Below are positions 13,095-26,826 of a DNA stretch of 64,000 nt, piece after piece. The position numbers and the translations under genes were made by a program. The stretch comes from Macrostomum lignano (Eukaryota), in NCBI GenBank assembly GCA_002269645.1, contig NIVC01000052.1, positions 372,001 through 436,000 of the forward strand. The letters run 5' to 3'. The notes below the pieces were generated by a model that was not told where the DNA came from, did not search any database, and saw nothing but the letters and a program-made list of their open reading frames with translations. Each line of letters opens with the position of its first letter. The first letter of the stretch is position 1.

Positions 13095-14036
13095 GTGTCA
13101 GGGACCGCACTGAGGACCAGGGGGTGTCAGGGACCGCACTGAGGACCAGGGGGTGTCAGGAACCGCACTGAGGACCAGGGGGTGTCAGGAACCGCACTGA
13201 GGACCAGGGGGTGTCAGGGACCACACTGAGGACCAAGAAGGAGTGTCAGGGACCACACTGAGGACCAAGAAGGAGTGTCAGTGACCACACTGAGGACCAA
13301 GAAGGAGTGTCAGTGACCACACTGAGGACCAAGAAGGAGTGTCAGGGACCACACTGAGGACCAAGAAGGAGTGTCAGGGACCACACTGAGGACCAAGAAG
13401 GAGTGTCAGGGACCACACTGAGGACCAAGAAGGAGTGTCAGGGACCACACTGAGGACCAAGAAGGAGTGTCAGGGACCACACTGAGGACCAAGAAGGAGT
13501 GTCAGTGACCACACTGAGGACCAAGAAGGAGTGTCAGGGACCACACTGAGGACCAAGAAGGAGTGTCAGGGACCACACTGAGGACCAAGAAGGAGTGTCA
13601 GGGACCACACTGAGGACCAAGAAGGAGTGTCAGGGACCACACTGAGGACCAAGAAGGAGTGTCAGTGACCACACTGAGGACCAAGAAGGAGTGTCAGGGA
13701 CCACACTGAGGACCAAGAAGGAGTGTCAGGGACCACACTGAGGACCAAGAAGGAGTGTCAGGGACCACACTGAGGACCAAGAAGGAGTGTCAGTGACCAC
13801 ACTGAGGACCAAGAAGGAGTGTCAGGGACCACACTGAGGACCAAGAAGGAGTGTCAGGGACCACACTGAGGACCAAGAAGGAGTGTCAGTGACCACACTG
13901 AGGACCAAGAAGGAGTGTCAGGGACCACACTGAGGACCAAGAAGGAGTGTCAGGGACCACACTGAGGACCAAGAAGGAGTGTCAGGGACCACACTGAGGA
14001 CCAAGAAGGAGTGTCAGGGACCACACTGAGGACCAG
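13095..14036 (+). repeat. Minisatellite, 32-bp unit GTGTCAGGGACCACACTGAGGACCAAGAAGGA (first four units 29 bp)
   Basis: About 29 head-to-tail units with no unique spacers. Confidence 0.97.
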
Positions 14037-14050
14037 AAGAGAGGGATCAG

Positions 14051-15622
<1,572 letters not shown>

Positions 15623-15706
15623 AGCTCAGTGTGCTCTGCGACTTTTTCTTGTAAATGATGGAAGTAAGAGATAGGCAAGCTGAGTCTGAGAACAGGTTGG
15701 TATTGG

Positions 15707-16155
15707 GACTGAGTCTGGTGAGCAGGGTGGGACTGAGTCTGGTGAGCAGTGAGGGACTGAGTCTGGTGAGCAGTGAGGGACTGAGTCTGGTGAGCAGTGA
15801 GGGACTGAGTCTGGTGAGCAGTGAGGGAATGAGTCTGGTGAGCAGTGAGGGAATGAGTCTGGTGAGCAGTGAGGCACTGAGTCTGGTGAGCAGTGAGGGA
15901 CTGAGTCTGGTGAGCAGTGAGGCACTGAGTCTGGTGAGCAGTGAGGGACTGAGTCTGGTGAGCAGGGTGGTAATGAGTCTGGTGAGCAGGGTGGGACTGA
16001 GTCTGGTGAGCAGTGAGGGACTGAGTCTGGTGAGCAGTGAGGGACTGAGTCTGGTGAGCAGTGAGGCACTGAGTCTGGTGAGCAGTGAGGGACTGAGTCT
16101 GGTGAGCAGGGTGGTAATGAGTCTGGTGAGCAGGGTGGGACTGAGTGTGGTGAGC
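15707..16155 (+). repeat. Minisatellite, 24-bp unit CTGAGTCTGGTGAGCAGTGAGGGA
   Basis: About 18 tandem units starting ~85 bp after the RNF113A stop. Confidence 0.97.
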
Positions 16156-16907
16156 ATTGTATGTCGTAAATTTGTAAAACTGACCTTAGGCATTTAATGT
16201 TAATTTTAAATGTTGGACTGTAAATACAATGTCTTGCATTTGCGACGATTTTTTGTGCAGCAATATTGTTTGACAAATAAAATTTCGCATTGTTTCAAGT
16301 TGAAACTTAATTTGGTAAATTTGTCCCTACAATGTGCAGCTGTGAATGATTTCTCTGCTGATGTGTTACTTATTTGCTTGGGTCCCAAAAATATTTGCTT
16401 GGGCATTGAACCAGGGGTCTTGGCGCGAGAGTCCTCAGGCTTTGTTTTCCGTAGCAACGCTAGGGAAGGGGTTAAATGTTTGAATATTTATCAAGGTCGA
16501 CTTTATTAAGAAAAGCAGGACGGCAGCAGTTCCTGTTAAGGCAAACAGCCAAGTTGCTTACGGATGAGATCATTTATATTATACACGGCTATTTATAAAA
16601 AAAGATTCTGAAAATATTTTCATCGTAGTATGTCTTGGCAATTGCGATTACTTCAAATATTTCCTGTTTATCTACATGTACTTGTTGAAGGTATGCTATA
16701 ATTGCAAGGGCCAGAATTTATGAAATAAAATGCTTCCGTACAAGAAAATAGCGGTCTAAATCTGCTTTGCAACGACAGCCAGACTAACTTTGCTGCTGCT
16801 TGTATTTTTAGTGAATGAGAAGACCTGCGGAAAATGTGAGTCATACTGAGCACGCATGTTGCTATCCGCAAATCGCTGCTCAGCATCCTACTCTATTGCA
16901 GTTGCAG

Positions 16908-18545
16908 GCGAGCTCCCCATTCGCCGGAGCCGCGTTCATTTGGCGATGGACCAACCTGCTTCTACAGCAGAAGCCAGGATGATGAAGAATCCATATTGAG
17001 CAACAAGACACACAGCTATAACTACGTCCAAAGCGCCAGCAAGCACGAGGCAGACGGCGGGTTTCACTGGTTCGCAGTGCAGCTGAATGAGCCAGTGCTC
17101 ATCAGATCTGTGACTGTGAAGGGCAGAGAGGGTGAGTCACTCACTCAAATGCGTGCTCCAAGTCTGCTGTCTCTGCTCACGGTGCTCTCGCATTCCAGAT
17201 CATGCATCGTGGGTCTTTGAAAGAGCCACAGGCATTGAGATCTGGACATCAGACAGCAGCAGTCAGCTGTTCTCTGCATGCTCAAGGAGCATGAGCAGCC
17301 AGTTTAAAGAGTCCCAACAGCACTGGAGACTGTGTGGCTTCATTCAGAGTAAAAGCTTACAGATTAGAGCTGGAGAGATCTTTACAGTGAGCTGTATTGC
17401 AGAGGTAACTCTTTGATCTATCGAAATATTTAAATCTAAGCATGATGTTCGGTTTCAGTCGCTTTAGTCTTGAGAAATCAAAACATTGACTTCAGTAGCA
17501 AACTGAAGCAGCCCTGAGTGAAAAAGTTACCTGTTTGTGCCATTCCCATCGTAGATCAGACACCTGCTGCTCCGCAAAGACGTATCCGCGATTCAATCGT
17601 CAAGCTATTTCGACTTCCTGAAGCATAGCAGATCTCAGGCTGCAGAGAATGCAACTAAGTTAGTCTGCTTCATGGTTTTGAAAATGGTCTGGTTGTTATT
17701 AGTCACAGTTCTATTGTACATTTCAGAGATTTCGAAGCCCCAAATGTTTCTAGAAGGATCCAACTTCACGGTGCGCTGTGTTCCCCACTGTCAGGGCTGC
17801 GGTCTGTCCGGAAATTGTAGCATCCCTCAGCTCTGCTTTCCATCTGGCAGCTGTGTAGTCGGTCAGCAGGTGCAAATTTTAAAGGCACGGCTTCTGCACT
17901 CTGGAAACTTCACCTGCAAACTAGGTCACGTTGTGAGGCCGTCACTGTTCTGCGTGAGTACGATTTGGGCAGGAACTTGTGCAATTATTTTGATATTCAA
18001 CTCGCGGATGTTATTTTAAACACTCGACAGGTCATTGTCGTTCATCAAGTGAACCATTTTTGGGGCAGTTTTCGCAGCGGTCCTTGTCGCTGTCGGATTC
18101 GTCCTTGGCTTCGTGGCTGCGACCATCATTGTGTGCGGGTTTTTCCGAGTAAGTCGTGCTCGGTGAGATCCCCGATTTTGTAAGAATCTTTCTGATTAAG
18201 AGTTTCAAGTTTTCTGCTATTATTGATAGTATTATTAATTATAATTATAATTATTCAAAAAAATTATTTCGATAGTTTTCGATAGAACCGACGAGCCGGG
18301 ACTTATATACGCTTGTGCGGCCCCAAAAATATCCCAAACTTTCTCAAGACATCTTGTTATCAGTAATATTCCGCAGGGTGCTGCGTGCTTATCTGTCATC
18401 TGAACAACCCCACGCTCTGCTTTGCACACTACTACTACTACTACTAAAGCCCGTTTTTATGCGTCTTATTATCGTTTTTATTCAGGTGTCCGCCTACTGG
18501 CGCAGTCCTGCTGGAGTTAACACAGTCAGGGTGATGAGTCGATAA
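16908..18545 (+). pseudogene. Lectin-Ig receptor copy A (frameshifted)
   Basis: Exons 16908-17131, 17199-17404, from 17555, Ig exon (~17727-17950), TM exon (~18031-18148, AVFAAVLVAVGFVLGFVAATIIVCGFFR). A ~19-nt deletion near 16945 and a +1 shift in exon 4 relative to paralogs. Confidence 0.75.
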
Positions 18546-18613
18546 AGCGCGACTGTGAAGTCTTTTATGCTGCTCAGCTTGTTCGAGCATACGAACGATC
18601 GATCACACAAACG

Positions 18614-19400
18614 AAAGGGGATGTGAACTTAAGCTCCAGAATGAAGCTCGAATGAGGCCAGCAGACCAAACCGACTGGAATCGATAACTTGTCGGCCCAG
18701 ATGACTAGAAACGCTGACACATCCCACCCGAGTCTATTCTACGGGGTCCTGTGGAAGATATGAGATAAATGGGGATTTAATGTGAACTTAAGGCTCTAGA
18801 GTTTATCTCAAGGAAGCGCAGTGTTATGCATCCCTTAAGCCATGTTAAGGATAGTGATTATTTTGGAAACCAAGAAGCGAGTCAATGGCCCTCACATTTC
18901 AGTTTTTGGTTTAGGCCGCGACTTTTTTACGGTCTAATTGCCTAAGACCATAAGGTGCCATCAGCGCCACTCGGGCTGGCGGGTGGGGAAGCGGTCGCCC
19001 CCCCTCCCCACCTTAGGAGGCGACCCGCAAAAATTGTTCGGGAGGACCAACCGAATTTTCGCAAAGAATCCAAGCCCGCTTTACTCCACCCTCCCTCTGC
19101 TAATCCAAGCAGTTGGATCCACTCCCTCTCCCTCAGAAAATCTTTATATTATGGTATTTTTCGACGACATTCTTATTTATAGTTTTGAAAACCGATTCGC
19201 AAGCATCAGAAGTGTGAGATCAATATTTATATGCGATTTTACCAAGAATATTTTTTTCTAATTTGCCTTAACGTTAGAACCTTGCAGAGATTTTTCCAGA
19301 CGGTTATAGTCATCTGGGCCGACAAGTTATCGATTCCAGTCGGTTTGGTCTGCTGGCCTCATTCGAGCTTCATTCTGGAGCTTAAGTTCACATCCCCTTT
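18614..19400. mobile_element. MITE-like element with perfect 94-bp TIRs
   Basis: 18614-18707 is the exact reverse complement of 19307-19400. Absent at the paralogous site near 34135-34165. Contains a GC-rich MITE-like fragment (~18960-19130). Confidence 0.85.
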
Positions 19401-21505
19401 GTGAACTCCGACAGTATAGGCTTTCGGTCTGGCTTCTGATTGAATTCTCGATAGAGGTTTGGAATTCTATATTACGCGCGTACATTTTCAATACCCCTTT
19501 TCTATGTAATCTAGTAATTCTATTTGTATCAAAGCACTAATAAAGTTCGTCTAGTACTGCTTTCCAAAACAGCTACATTGGCTGCTGGCTTTCTGTTATA
19601 ACCTAAACCTTTGGCGCTCTCGTAGTCTTTTCTGTGCGACTGTTGCTTTTTTAATCCTGAACTCACACAAGTACTCGCGGTCTCTTGAACGATTCAGTTT
19701 ATTCACTAACTACAAAATAAAAACAGTCTTCATTAACTAGACTCAATGAAGACCAAATTACTAAATAATTTTGTAAATGAATGCATCGTGAGCGAAGGTG
19801 AAAAATTCTAGAAGCGGAGTTGCATCTGAGGGATAGGTGTCATGGTTTCTGGTGGAAGTGGCAGCTATCAATTCGACACGTATTGATAATGTAGAGTACT
19901 GAATAAAGTTACAGAACAATAAGGACGCTCTCTTATTCCCTTCAGAATGAAAGTCTATCAACAAGCGGGGTGTCAAACAAGTTGCAGCTGTGAGCAATAG
20001 AATTCCATAGCATCCTTGCGAGACGATCTAGACAAAAAATATATCGCTAGGGATACATTTGGCTGCCTCGCAACAAGGACGTCACGGGGGCATTCCATAT
20101 AAATAATAGTACTGGCTTATGTACAGTATAACAACAAGATACACCTCGCCCAGCTTCTCGTGAGACAGAGTCCTACGGTGGCTATATTTAAGTGCAATTT
20201 CATCCCAGTTGCTTGAGCGAGTCAGAGCGGGTGTCTGTGCACTTTACATTTTCTGTACCACAGCCGGTAACAAAAATGAGGACAGATGCAGCAGCAGCAG
20301 CACTGGAGCTGATGGGGCACGGCAACAGGTGAGCTTCTCTGCATTGGCAGTTGGAGTGGCTGCAGGCAGGGATTGCAGAATGCGGTCAGCAGGATCTACA
20401 TTAAGCGCAGTGCACTGTTGAATCTTTCCTTAAATGAATGTTTTTCTACAAGCAACCTGCATGGTCTCTTTTTATCGTGGGTATCATTTTATCTATAAAG
20501 AAGAGACTATTGTGCTATTAACGTCCATGCGAGTCAAGTGTACATGCCTAACGATAAATAAAGTTAGGGTTGCTGTACACTCCTGTGCGAGTGTGTGCCT
20601 GTGCGTATGACTGCGTACGTATTCGCGCGCTTGTGTGCCTGCTCGGCAGAGTCGGCGGAATGGGCAGCAATGCCTCTCTCTGGCCGGTTGTGCGACAATG
20701 TCGCTTATGCGCCACGATGCAGACAGCGTCTGCTTCTTAATAAGAAGGCTCACGGGGGATTGCTTAGCTGCTGAGACTCAATCGGGAAGTTCCTGGTAGG
20801 CCAAACATCAAAGGGATGTTGCTGAGATGCCAACGGTCAAGAGGATCGGCTTGATGCCAAGGCTCGAAGGAAATGCTGATAGCTCGTATATCTTAGACTA
20901 AAAAGCTGGCTTTCAGGGCGGGTGCTTTTTGCTTTGGAAATCTTTTTCTTTAAGAAACTAACAATTGTGACTCTAGAGCGCTTTATGTACATAAAAGACT
21001 GCCAGATGCTGTGAACTAATAAGCAATTGCTACACCGATATGGCAATGCATCGATAAGCCGTCAGTTTTGTCATTCAAATTAAAAATGTCATTGGAATAT
21101 GAGGACAGAAACATGTCATAAGAGTAAACATAGCGAGTGTTGTCATAAATAACAAGGAGGCCAATTTACTGGCTTGTGAAACCATGCTTTGAACTTGAAA
21201 TAGCCGATTAAGGGCAATTTAGCTGAAGAGGAAATGCGTCATCCATTGCGCCTCAGCCACAACTCCTGTGTCTCTGAATACTATATGGAATAGCAATTGT
21301 AGTCTGGCTTGTTGGTGCCTTAGATGTGCACGTCTGGCTGGTTTGGGGGTTGGGTTTAGTGCTGCGGCGTGTGCGTGCTTAGGGTGGTTACACCCACCCC
21401 AACTTTGGCATTAAATATATTGGCGTGAGCCAGTGAGGTCTCCTCACGTTTTGTTATTCTCTGCAATTCAACCCACGGTCTTACACTGGTGGCAGCGGTC
21501 TCAGT

Positions 21506-22300
21506 ATGGCCAAATCAGAGCAAGCCAGTTTATTGCCTTCAAAGTTCAGCGGCGACTTCAACGTGAGAATGTGGCTAAGCACGTTTGAGGACTTCGCCGA
21601 CGACTGCGAATGGGACGACAAGAAGAAGGCAAAGAAGCTGAGACTGCTGGTGACAGGAGAAGCGCAAATCTTCGTCTGGGAGCAGCCGGCAGACGTGTCA
21701 GCCAGCTATGAAAGGCTGAAGGAGAAGCTGATCGAGTGCTTCGGCAACAGTCTGAGCTGCTACAGAGCAATGGAGGATTTTGTAGAGCGAAAGCGACAGC
21801 CCAACGAGTCGCTGAGGGAGCTCGCCTACAGCCTGAAGCTTCTCCACCTTCGGGCCCGCCCGGACGACTCCGTGGCGGCTCGGGAAAAGGACGTGAAGTT
21901 TCGCCTGATGCGCCTCCTGCCATCTGCCGTGAGAGATGCGCTGTTGAAGGACCAGGACGCGGACTCGTGTTCGCTGGCCGCCATCGTCGACAGAGCTGCG
22001 CAGCTTGAGCTGGTGAGCCACGCAACTACAGCCTCATCAGCCGCGGTGTCGGTAGAAGACAGACGGCTGAGCCAGCTGGAGCAGCAGGTGCAGCAGCTGA
22101 CAGCCAGCGTGCGAACGGGACCACCCGGAAGAGACAGGCGTCAGAAGGGACCCATTAAGTGCTTCAGCTGCGGCGAGCCGGGTCACATTGCTAGGCGGTG
22201 CCCAAAGGCGATCGGCAGCCGCTGCAGCCGGTGCTCAGGCAAGGGTCACTCCGCCGCGGTGTGCCCGACACCAACTGGTCAGCCGCAGGGAAACTTCTGA
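21506..22300 (+). CDS. gag: Gag with two CCHC zinc knuckles
   Basis: CFSCGEPGHIARRC and CSRCSGKGHSAAVC; ATG 20 nt after the 5' LTR. Confidence 0.93.
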   Translation: MAKSEQASLLPSKFSGDFNVRMWLSTFEDFADDCEWDDKKKAKKLRLLVTGEAQIFVWEQPADVSASYERLKEKLIECFGNSLSCYRAMEDFVERKRQPNESLRELAYSLKLLHLRARPDDSVAAREKDVKFRLMRLLPSAVRDALLKDQDADSCSLAAIVDRAAQLELVSHATTASSAAVSVEDRRLSQLEQQVQQLTASVRTGPPGRDRRQKGPIKCFSCGEPGHIARRCPKAIGSRCSRCSGKGHSAAVCPTPTGQPQGNF

Positions 22301-22330
22301 GGGTCGGCAGCCTGGGGCCAGCACCGACCC
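22288..22330 (+). promoter_or_regulatory. -1 programmed ribosomal frameshift signal
   Basis: Slippery G GGA AAC (22288-22294) in gag phase, 6-nt spacer, then stem GGGTCGG (22301-22307) / CCGACCC (22324-22330); pol is in the -1 frame. Confidence 0.8.
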
Positions 22331-25300
22331 GCTCAAAAGGGGCCCTCAGATCAGCGCCTTCAGTCTTCGTGAAGGTGCACTTTGGCAGCGTGTCAGCGCC
22401 TGCTCTGCTCGACACCGGCGCGCAAGTTTCGTTGATGGACAAGTCACTGTTCGACAGATTGCTGTGCAAGATCGACTCCACCGACATCGGTGCGCTGCCG
22501 ACGGCTGTCGATGGATCCCGGCTGCGCTGCCTTGGCCTGTCAGCAGCGGATGTTTCGATCGGCCAGACCATCCGCGTGCGCCATCGCTTCACAGTCGTGG
22601 ACGGCATCCAGCCCAGCCTGATCATCGGCATGGACTTCATTGGCGAGGTGTCGCAGGCGATGACCATTGACATTAAAGAAGGCGTCGTCAGGTTCGACGG
22701 CACAGCTGTGCCTTTTAGCAGCGAGCCGGCTCGAGCAGACTGTCGCCTGGTGCCGAGTGTCCTGGTGGCGCGTGTGGCGGCAACTACGGAGCTGCCCGCC
22801 CGCAGCGAGAAGCTGGTGTGGCTCAAGGTATATTCCAGCGGCGAGCAGGGAGTCTTTGAGCCGTCTGAGGACTTCGTGAAGTCCACTGCCGTCCTGCCGG
22901 CCCGCGTGCTGGCGGTCTCGGACGACTGCCGCATCCCGGTGAAAATGTGCAACCTGGCAGAGGAGCCCGTGTTGCTGTACGCCAACAAGGCGGCCGGCAC
23001 GTTCGAAGGCGCGATGACAGACGGGGACGGTCGCCAGGAGGCGGCCCAGGAGAACCCCGTCGGTTGGAACATCAACGCGGAGCTGCCCGAACCGGATGCT
23101 GCGAGGATGCGACAGCTGTTGGAGAGCAACGAGGACCTGTTCGCCAGGCACGAGTACGACCTGGGCACGACGGCGTTGCTGCAGCACCAGATCGAGCTGG
23201 AGCCGGGAGCGCGGCCACACCGGCAGGTCCAGCGCCGGCTGCCGCTGTCTGTGCGAGACCAGGTGGACAAGAAGATCGGTCAGATGCTGGAAAGCGGCAT
23301 CATCGAACCGTCGACATCGCTATGGGCCAGCAACCTGCTGGTGGTCCGCAAGAAGAACGGCGACATCAGACTGTGCACGGACTGGCGGCAGCTCAACGCC
23401 TGCACGGTCAAGGATGCGTACCCGCTGCCGCACCTGCAGCAGGCCATGGATGCGCTTGTCGGATGCTTCTGGTTCTCCACCATCGACTGCCGGCAGGGCT
23501 ACCACCAGGTGGAGGTGGCGGAGGAGGACCGGTACAAGACGGCTTTCTATTCGACGCGCGGCCTGATGCAATTCTGCAAGATGGGCTTCGGGATGTGCAA
23601 TGCCCCGGCGACGTTCCAGCGGCTCATGGAGCTGGTGATGTCCGGCCTGTCCTAGGAGTCCGTGCTGACTTATATCGACGACATCATTGTCTTCAGCAGG
23701 ACGTTCGACGAGCACTTAGAGAGGCTGGCGGAAGTTTTTAAGCGGTTGCGAGACGCGGGACTCAAGCTGCACAAGGCCAAGAGCGCGTTCGGCCATCGCC
23801 GGGTGCTGTACCTGGGACACCTGATCAGCGAGCAGGGCATCGCACCGGATCCCGGCAAGGTCGAGGCCATTCGCAGCATGCCCAGCCCAACGACGAACGA
23901 GGGGGTGAAGCGGTTTCTTGGAATGCTGGGTTTCTACCGCCGGTTCATCCCAGGCTTCAGCCAGACGGCGAGGGTCCTGCACGACGTCAGCGTGAAATCG
24001 AGGGACTTCGCGTGGAGCAGCGACTGCGAGCGAGCGTTCCGCGAGTTGAAGGACCGGCTGACGACAGCTCCGGTGCTGAGACTGCCAGATTTCACCAAGC
24101 AGTTCGTGCTCAGCTGCGACAGCAGTCAGTTCGCCGTCGGTGCGGTGCTCAGCCAGTTGCACGGTGACGCTGAGCTGCCTGTGGCGTTCGCCTCTCGCAC
24201 CCTCAACAAGGCCGAGCGCAACTACTCGGCGACCGACCGCGAGCTGCTGGCGCTTGTCTGGAGTTTGAAGCACTTCAGGACGTACCTGCTGAGTGTTCCG
24301 AGCTTCAGAGTCTACTCGGACCACCGGCCACTGCAAGGTCTGCTGGCAACGGACCCCGAAGGTCGGCTGGCGCGATGGCTTTCGACGCTGCAGCAGTTTT
24401 TGTTCGAGCTGCTGTACCGGCCTGGCAGGGACAACGTCGTGCCGGATGCGCTGAGCCGGGTGGCCGGCACGCGCCTGCAGCCTCGGTGGGACGACAGCCG
24501 CCTGCACGAGGAGCAACTGCAAGACCCGCTGCTGAGCAAGGCGTTCCAGGCGCTGACCGAAGGGATTGACAGCCTGTCCGATTCATGGGCGGCGCAGGTT
24601 CGCGAGCTGCTGGACGAGGCCTCGGTGAGCTCGGCGGGAGTCCTGCTGGTCGGTGGCCGGCCAGTCATTCCCGGTCACCTGCGGCCACATTTCCTGCAGC
24701 AGGCGCACTCGTGTGACCAGAGCGGACACCTCGGCGTCGACAGGACCGGAGCGAGATTGTCTGAGCGCTGCTGGTGGCCTGGTCTGCGACGGGACGTCGA
24801 GAACTGGGTGGCCAGCTGCGCGGTCTGCCTGGCCAAGAAGAGTCCAACCAAGCCGCAGAAGGCGCCGCTACAGTCGACGTGCCAGCCGACGGCTCCGTGG
24901 CAGCTGGTGCAGATCGACATCAAAGGGCCGCTTCCGCGTACGACTGATGGCAAGGCGTACATCCTGAGCATGTGCGACGCCTTTTCCAAGTGGATGGAGA
25001 CGGCAGCCCTGGCGGTGATCGACGCGGTTACGGTGGCGGATGCACTGCTCAAGTCGGTGGTTCTGCGTCACGGTGCTCCTCAGGTGCTGCACAGTGACCA
25101 GGGACGGCAATTGGAGAGCGAGGTGTTCGGCCGGCTCTGCGAGCAGCTGGGCGTCGAAAAGACGCGCACGTCGCCGTTTCATCCGAGCGGCAACGGAATC
25201 GTCGAGCGAGGCAACCGGACGCTCGGCGATATGCTGGCGACGACGGTGGCCGAGAACCAGCAGGATTGGGACAGCAAGCTGTCGTATGTAACCTGGGCCT

Positions 25301-26000
25301 ACAACACCTCCGTGCACAGCACCACCGGCCTCAGTCCGTACCAGGTCCTCCACGGCTGGCCACCGAGGCTGGATCTCGACAGCTGGCTGATAAGCGGCGA
25401 CCGGCCGGCAGCCGACGGTGGACATCACGGCTTCCTGCAGCGGACTCAGGAGAACCTGCAGAGCGCTTTCGACACGGTGCACGGCCGGCTGGGGAGCGCC
25501 CAGGTCGAGCGCAACCGCTGGCCAACCAGGACTCTCGGTTCGTACCGTTCGAAGAAGGCCAGCTCGTGATGCTGCGCAACTCCGTCGTCAAGCGCGGCCA
25601 GACGCGGTGCCTGAGCGCCAAGTGGAAGGGGCCGTACCGAGTCCTGAGGCGCCTGGGCGAGGTCAATTACCGCATCCAGGACGAGACCGGCCGCAGGCGC
25701 CGGCTGGGGGTGCACCATGACCGCCTCAAGCGCTTCGTGCAGCGGCGGGCGTCACTGGAGCTTCCGGCCGCAGCAGACCACCAGCCGCCGGCCGCCGACT
25801 TCGACAACGACGGCACCGTCGCTGAGCCGCCCGGGCAGGCGGCCGATCCTGGCGGCGACGCGGTGACCTTCTGGCCCGAGCTGCAGGCAGACGAGGCACC
25901 CGAGGAGCAGCCGGCGGCACCGGCCGAGCCGGTCACGGTTCCGCAGCGGTCGGCGAGAGAGCGGCGGCCACCTGACTTGTACATGGCGGGCTTTGCTTAA
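22288..26000 (+). pseudogene. pol: Pol (protease, RT, RNase H, integrase with GPY/F module), -1 frame from gag; two lesions
   Basis: LLDTGAQVS; YPLP, FSTIDCRQGYHQV, YIDDII; CDSSQFAVGAVL, RNYSATDRELL; H..GHLG...WWP...CAVC, IDIKGP, SDQG, GIVER; KWKGPY. In-frame TAG at 23653-23655 (Trp expected) and a 1-nt frameshift near 25518. Confidence 0.92.
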
Positions 26001-26282
26001 CTCTGGAACTGTCTTTTGCTTCTAGGGGGAAAGTAGTGTAGTCTGGCTTGTTGGTGCGCGTGCACTTAGATGTGCACGTCTGGCTGTTTTGGGGGTTGGG
26101 GTTTAGCGCTGCAGCGTGTGCGTGCTTAGGGTGGTTACACCCACCCCAACTTTGGCATTAAATATATTGGCGTGAGCCAGTAAGGTCTCCTCTCACGTTT
26201 TGTTATTCTCTGCAATTCAACCCACGGTCTTACACAATTATAAACCTTTAACTGTGTTGGTCATTCTTTGTCAGCACAATGT

Positions 26283-26553
26283 CAGTCCCCTTGTCCTTCC
26301 CCCGGTTTCCGCAGGGCCCAGCTTGGACTCAACCGCAAGGACACCAGGGCGGTAACCATGGCCCTCTCGGGTCATGGCTGTTTTGTCAGGCACGAACCTC
26401 TCCGACGTTTTCACGTCCTAGAATCTCTGCCAGTTCGTCCGCTACCTAAGAGCTACCGGGTGAGCGACCATCCACCTCCTGGGGGTTCGCGGAATGGGCG
26501 GCGACGCCTCCCCGCTGTATCCGGATGTCCAGAATTCCCCTGCAGCTAAGTCA
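26283..26553. mobile_element. Unclassified 271-bp GC-rich insertion with 10-bp TSD
   Basis: AGCACAATGT at 26273-26282 and 26554-26563; the empty site is visible in the paralogous spacer at ~35011-35035. Confidence 0.7.
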
Positions 26554-26826
26554 AGCACAATGTTTGACACATCAAAATCTTTTCACATATACCTGTGGCT
26601 TTTCAACTCAGTGATTTCATTATATTTAGCCACACAATTTCGCCTTTAGACAGCTTTTTACAGGTGTAAACTATATTTATTTAAACCACAGCCATTACTG
26701 CTGTCTGAATATTGATTTAAACAGTTCTTGATGTTTTGAATAATAGAATTTGAATATAACAGGGATACTGGTGCATACGCAATTCGTGTCCATCTCCTTT
26801 TTCACATTTCCGCAAATCAGACAGAC

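Larger units (their letters stand above)
21298..26234 (+). mobile_element. Ty3/Gypsy LTR retrotransposon, full length
   Basis: LTRs 21298-21485 and 26037-26234 (TG...CA); 4-bp TSD CAAT; PBS TGGTGGCAGCGG (tRNA-Leu-type 3' end) at 21487; PPT AGGGGGAAAG before the 3' LTR; order gag-PR-RT-RH-IN. Confidence 0.97.

Noticed and set aside
13095-14036. CRISPR-like array (32-bp repeats)
   Set aside because: Units are head-to-tail with no unique spacers, there are no cas genes, and the context is eukaryotic. The same applies to the other arrays.
17148-17220. Signal-peptide-like MRAPSLLSLLTVLSHS inside the 67-nt intron
   Set aside because: Its frame ends at SCIVGL* and is out of frame with exon 3; GT-AG splicing gives the RED lectin motif.
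21558-25984. Many overlapping or antisense ORFs in the Gypsy element
   Set aside because: Shadows of GC3-rich gag/pol with no independent motifs; no env-like ORF seen.
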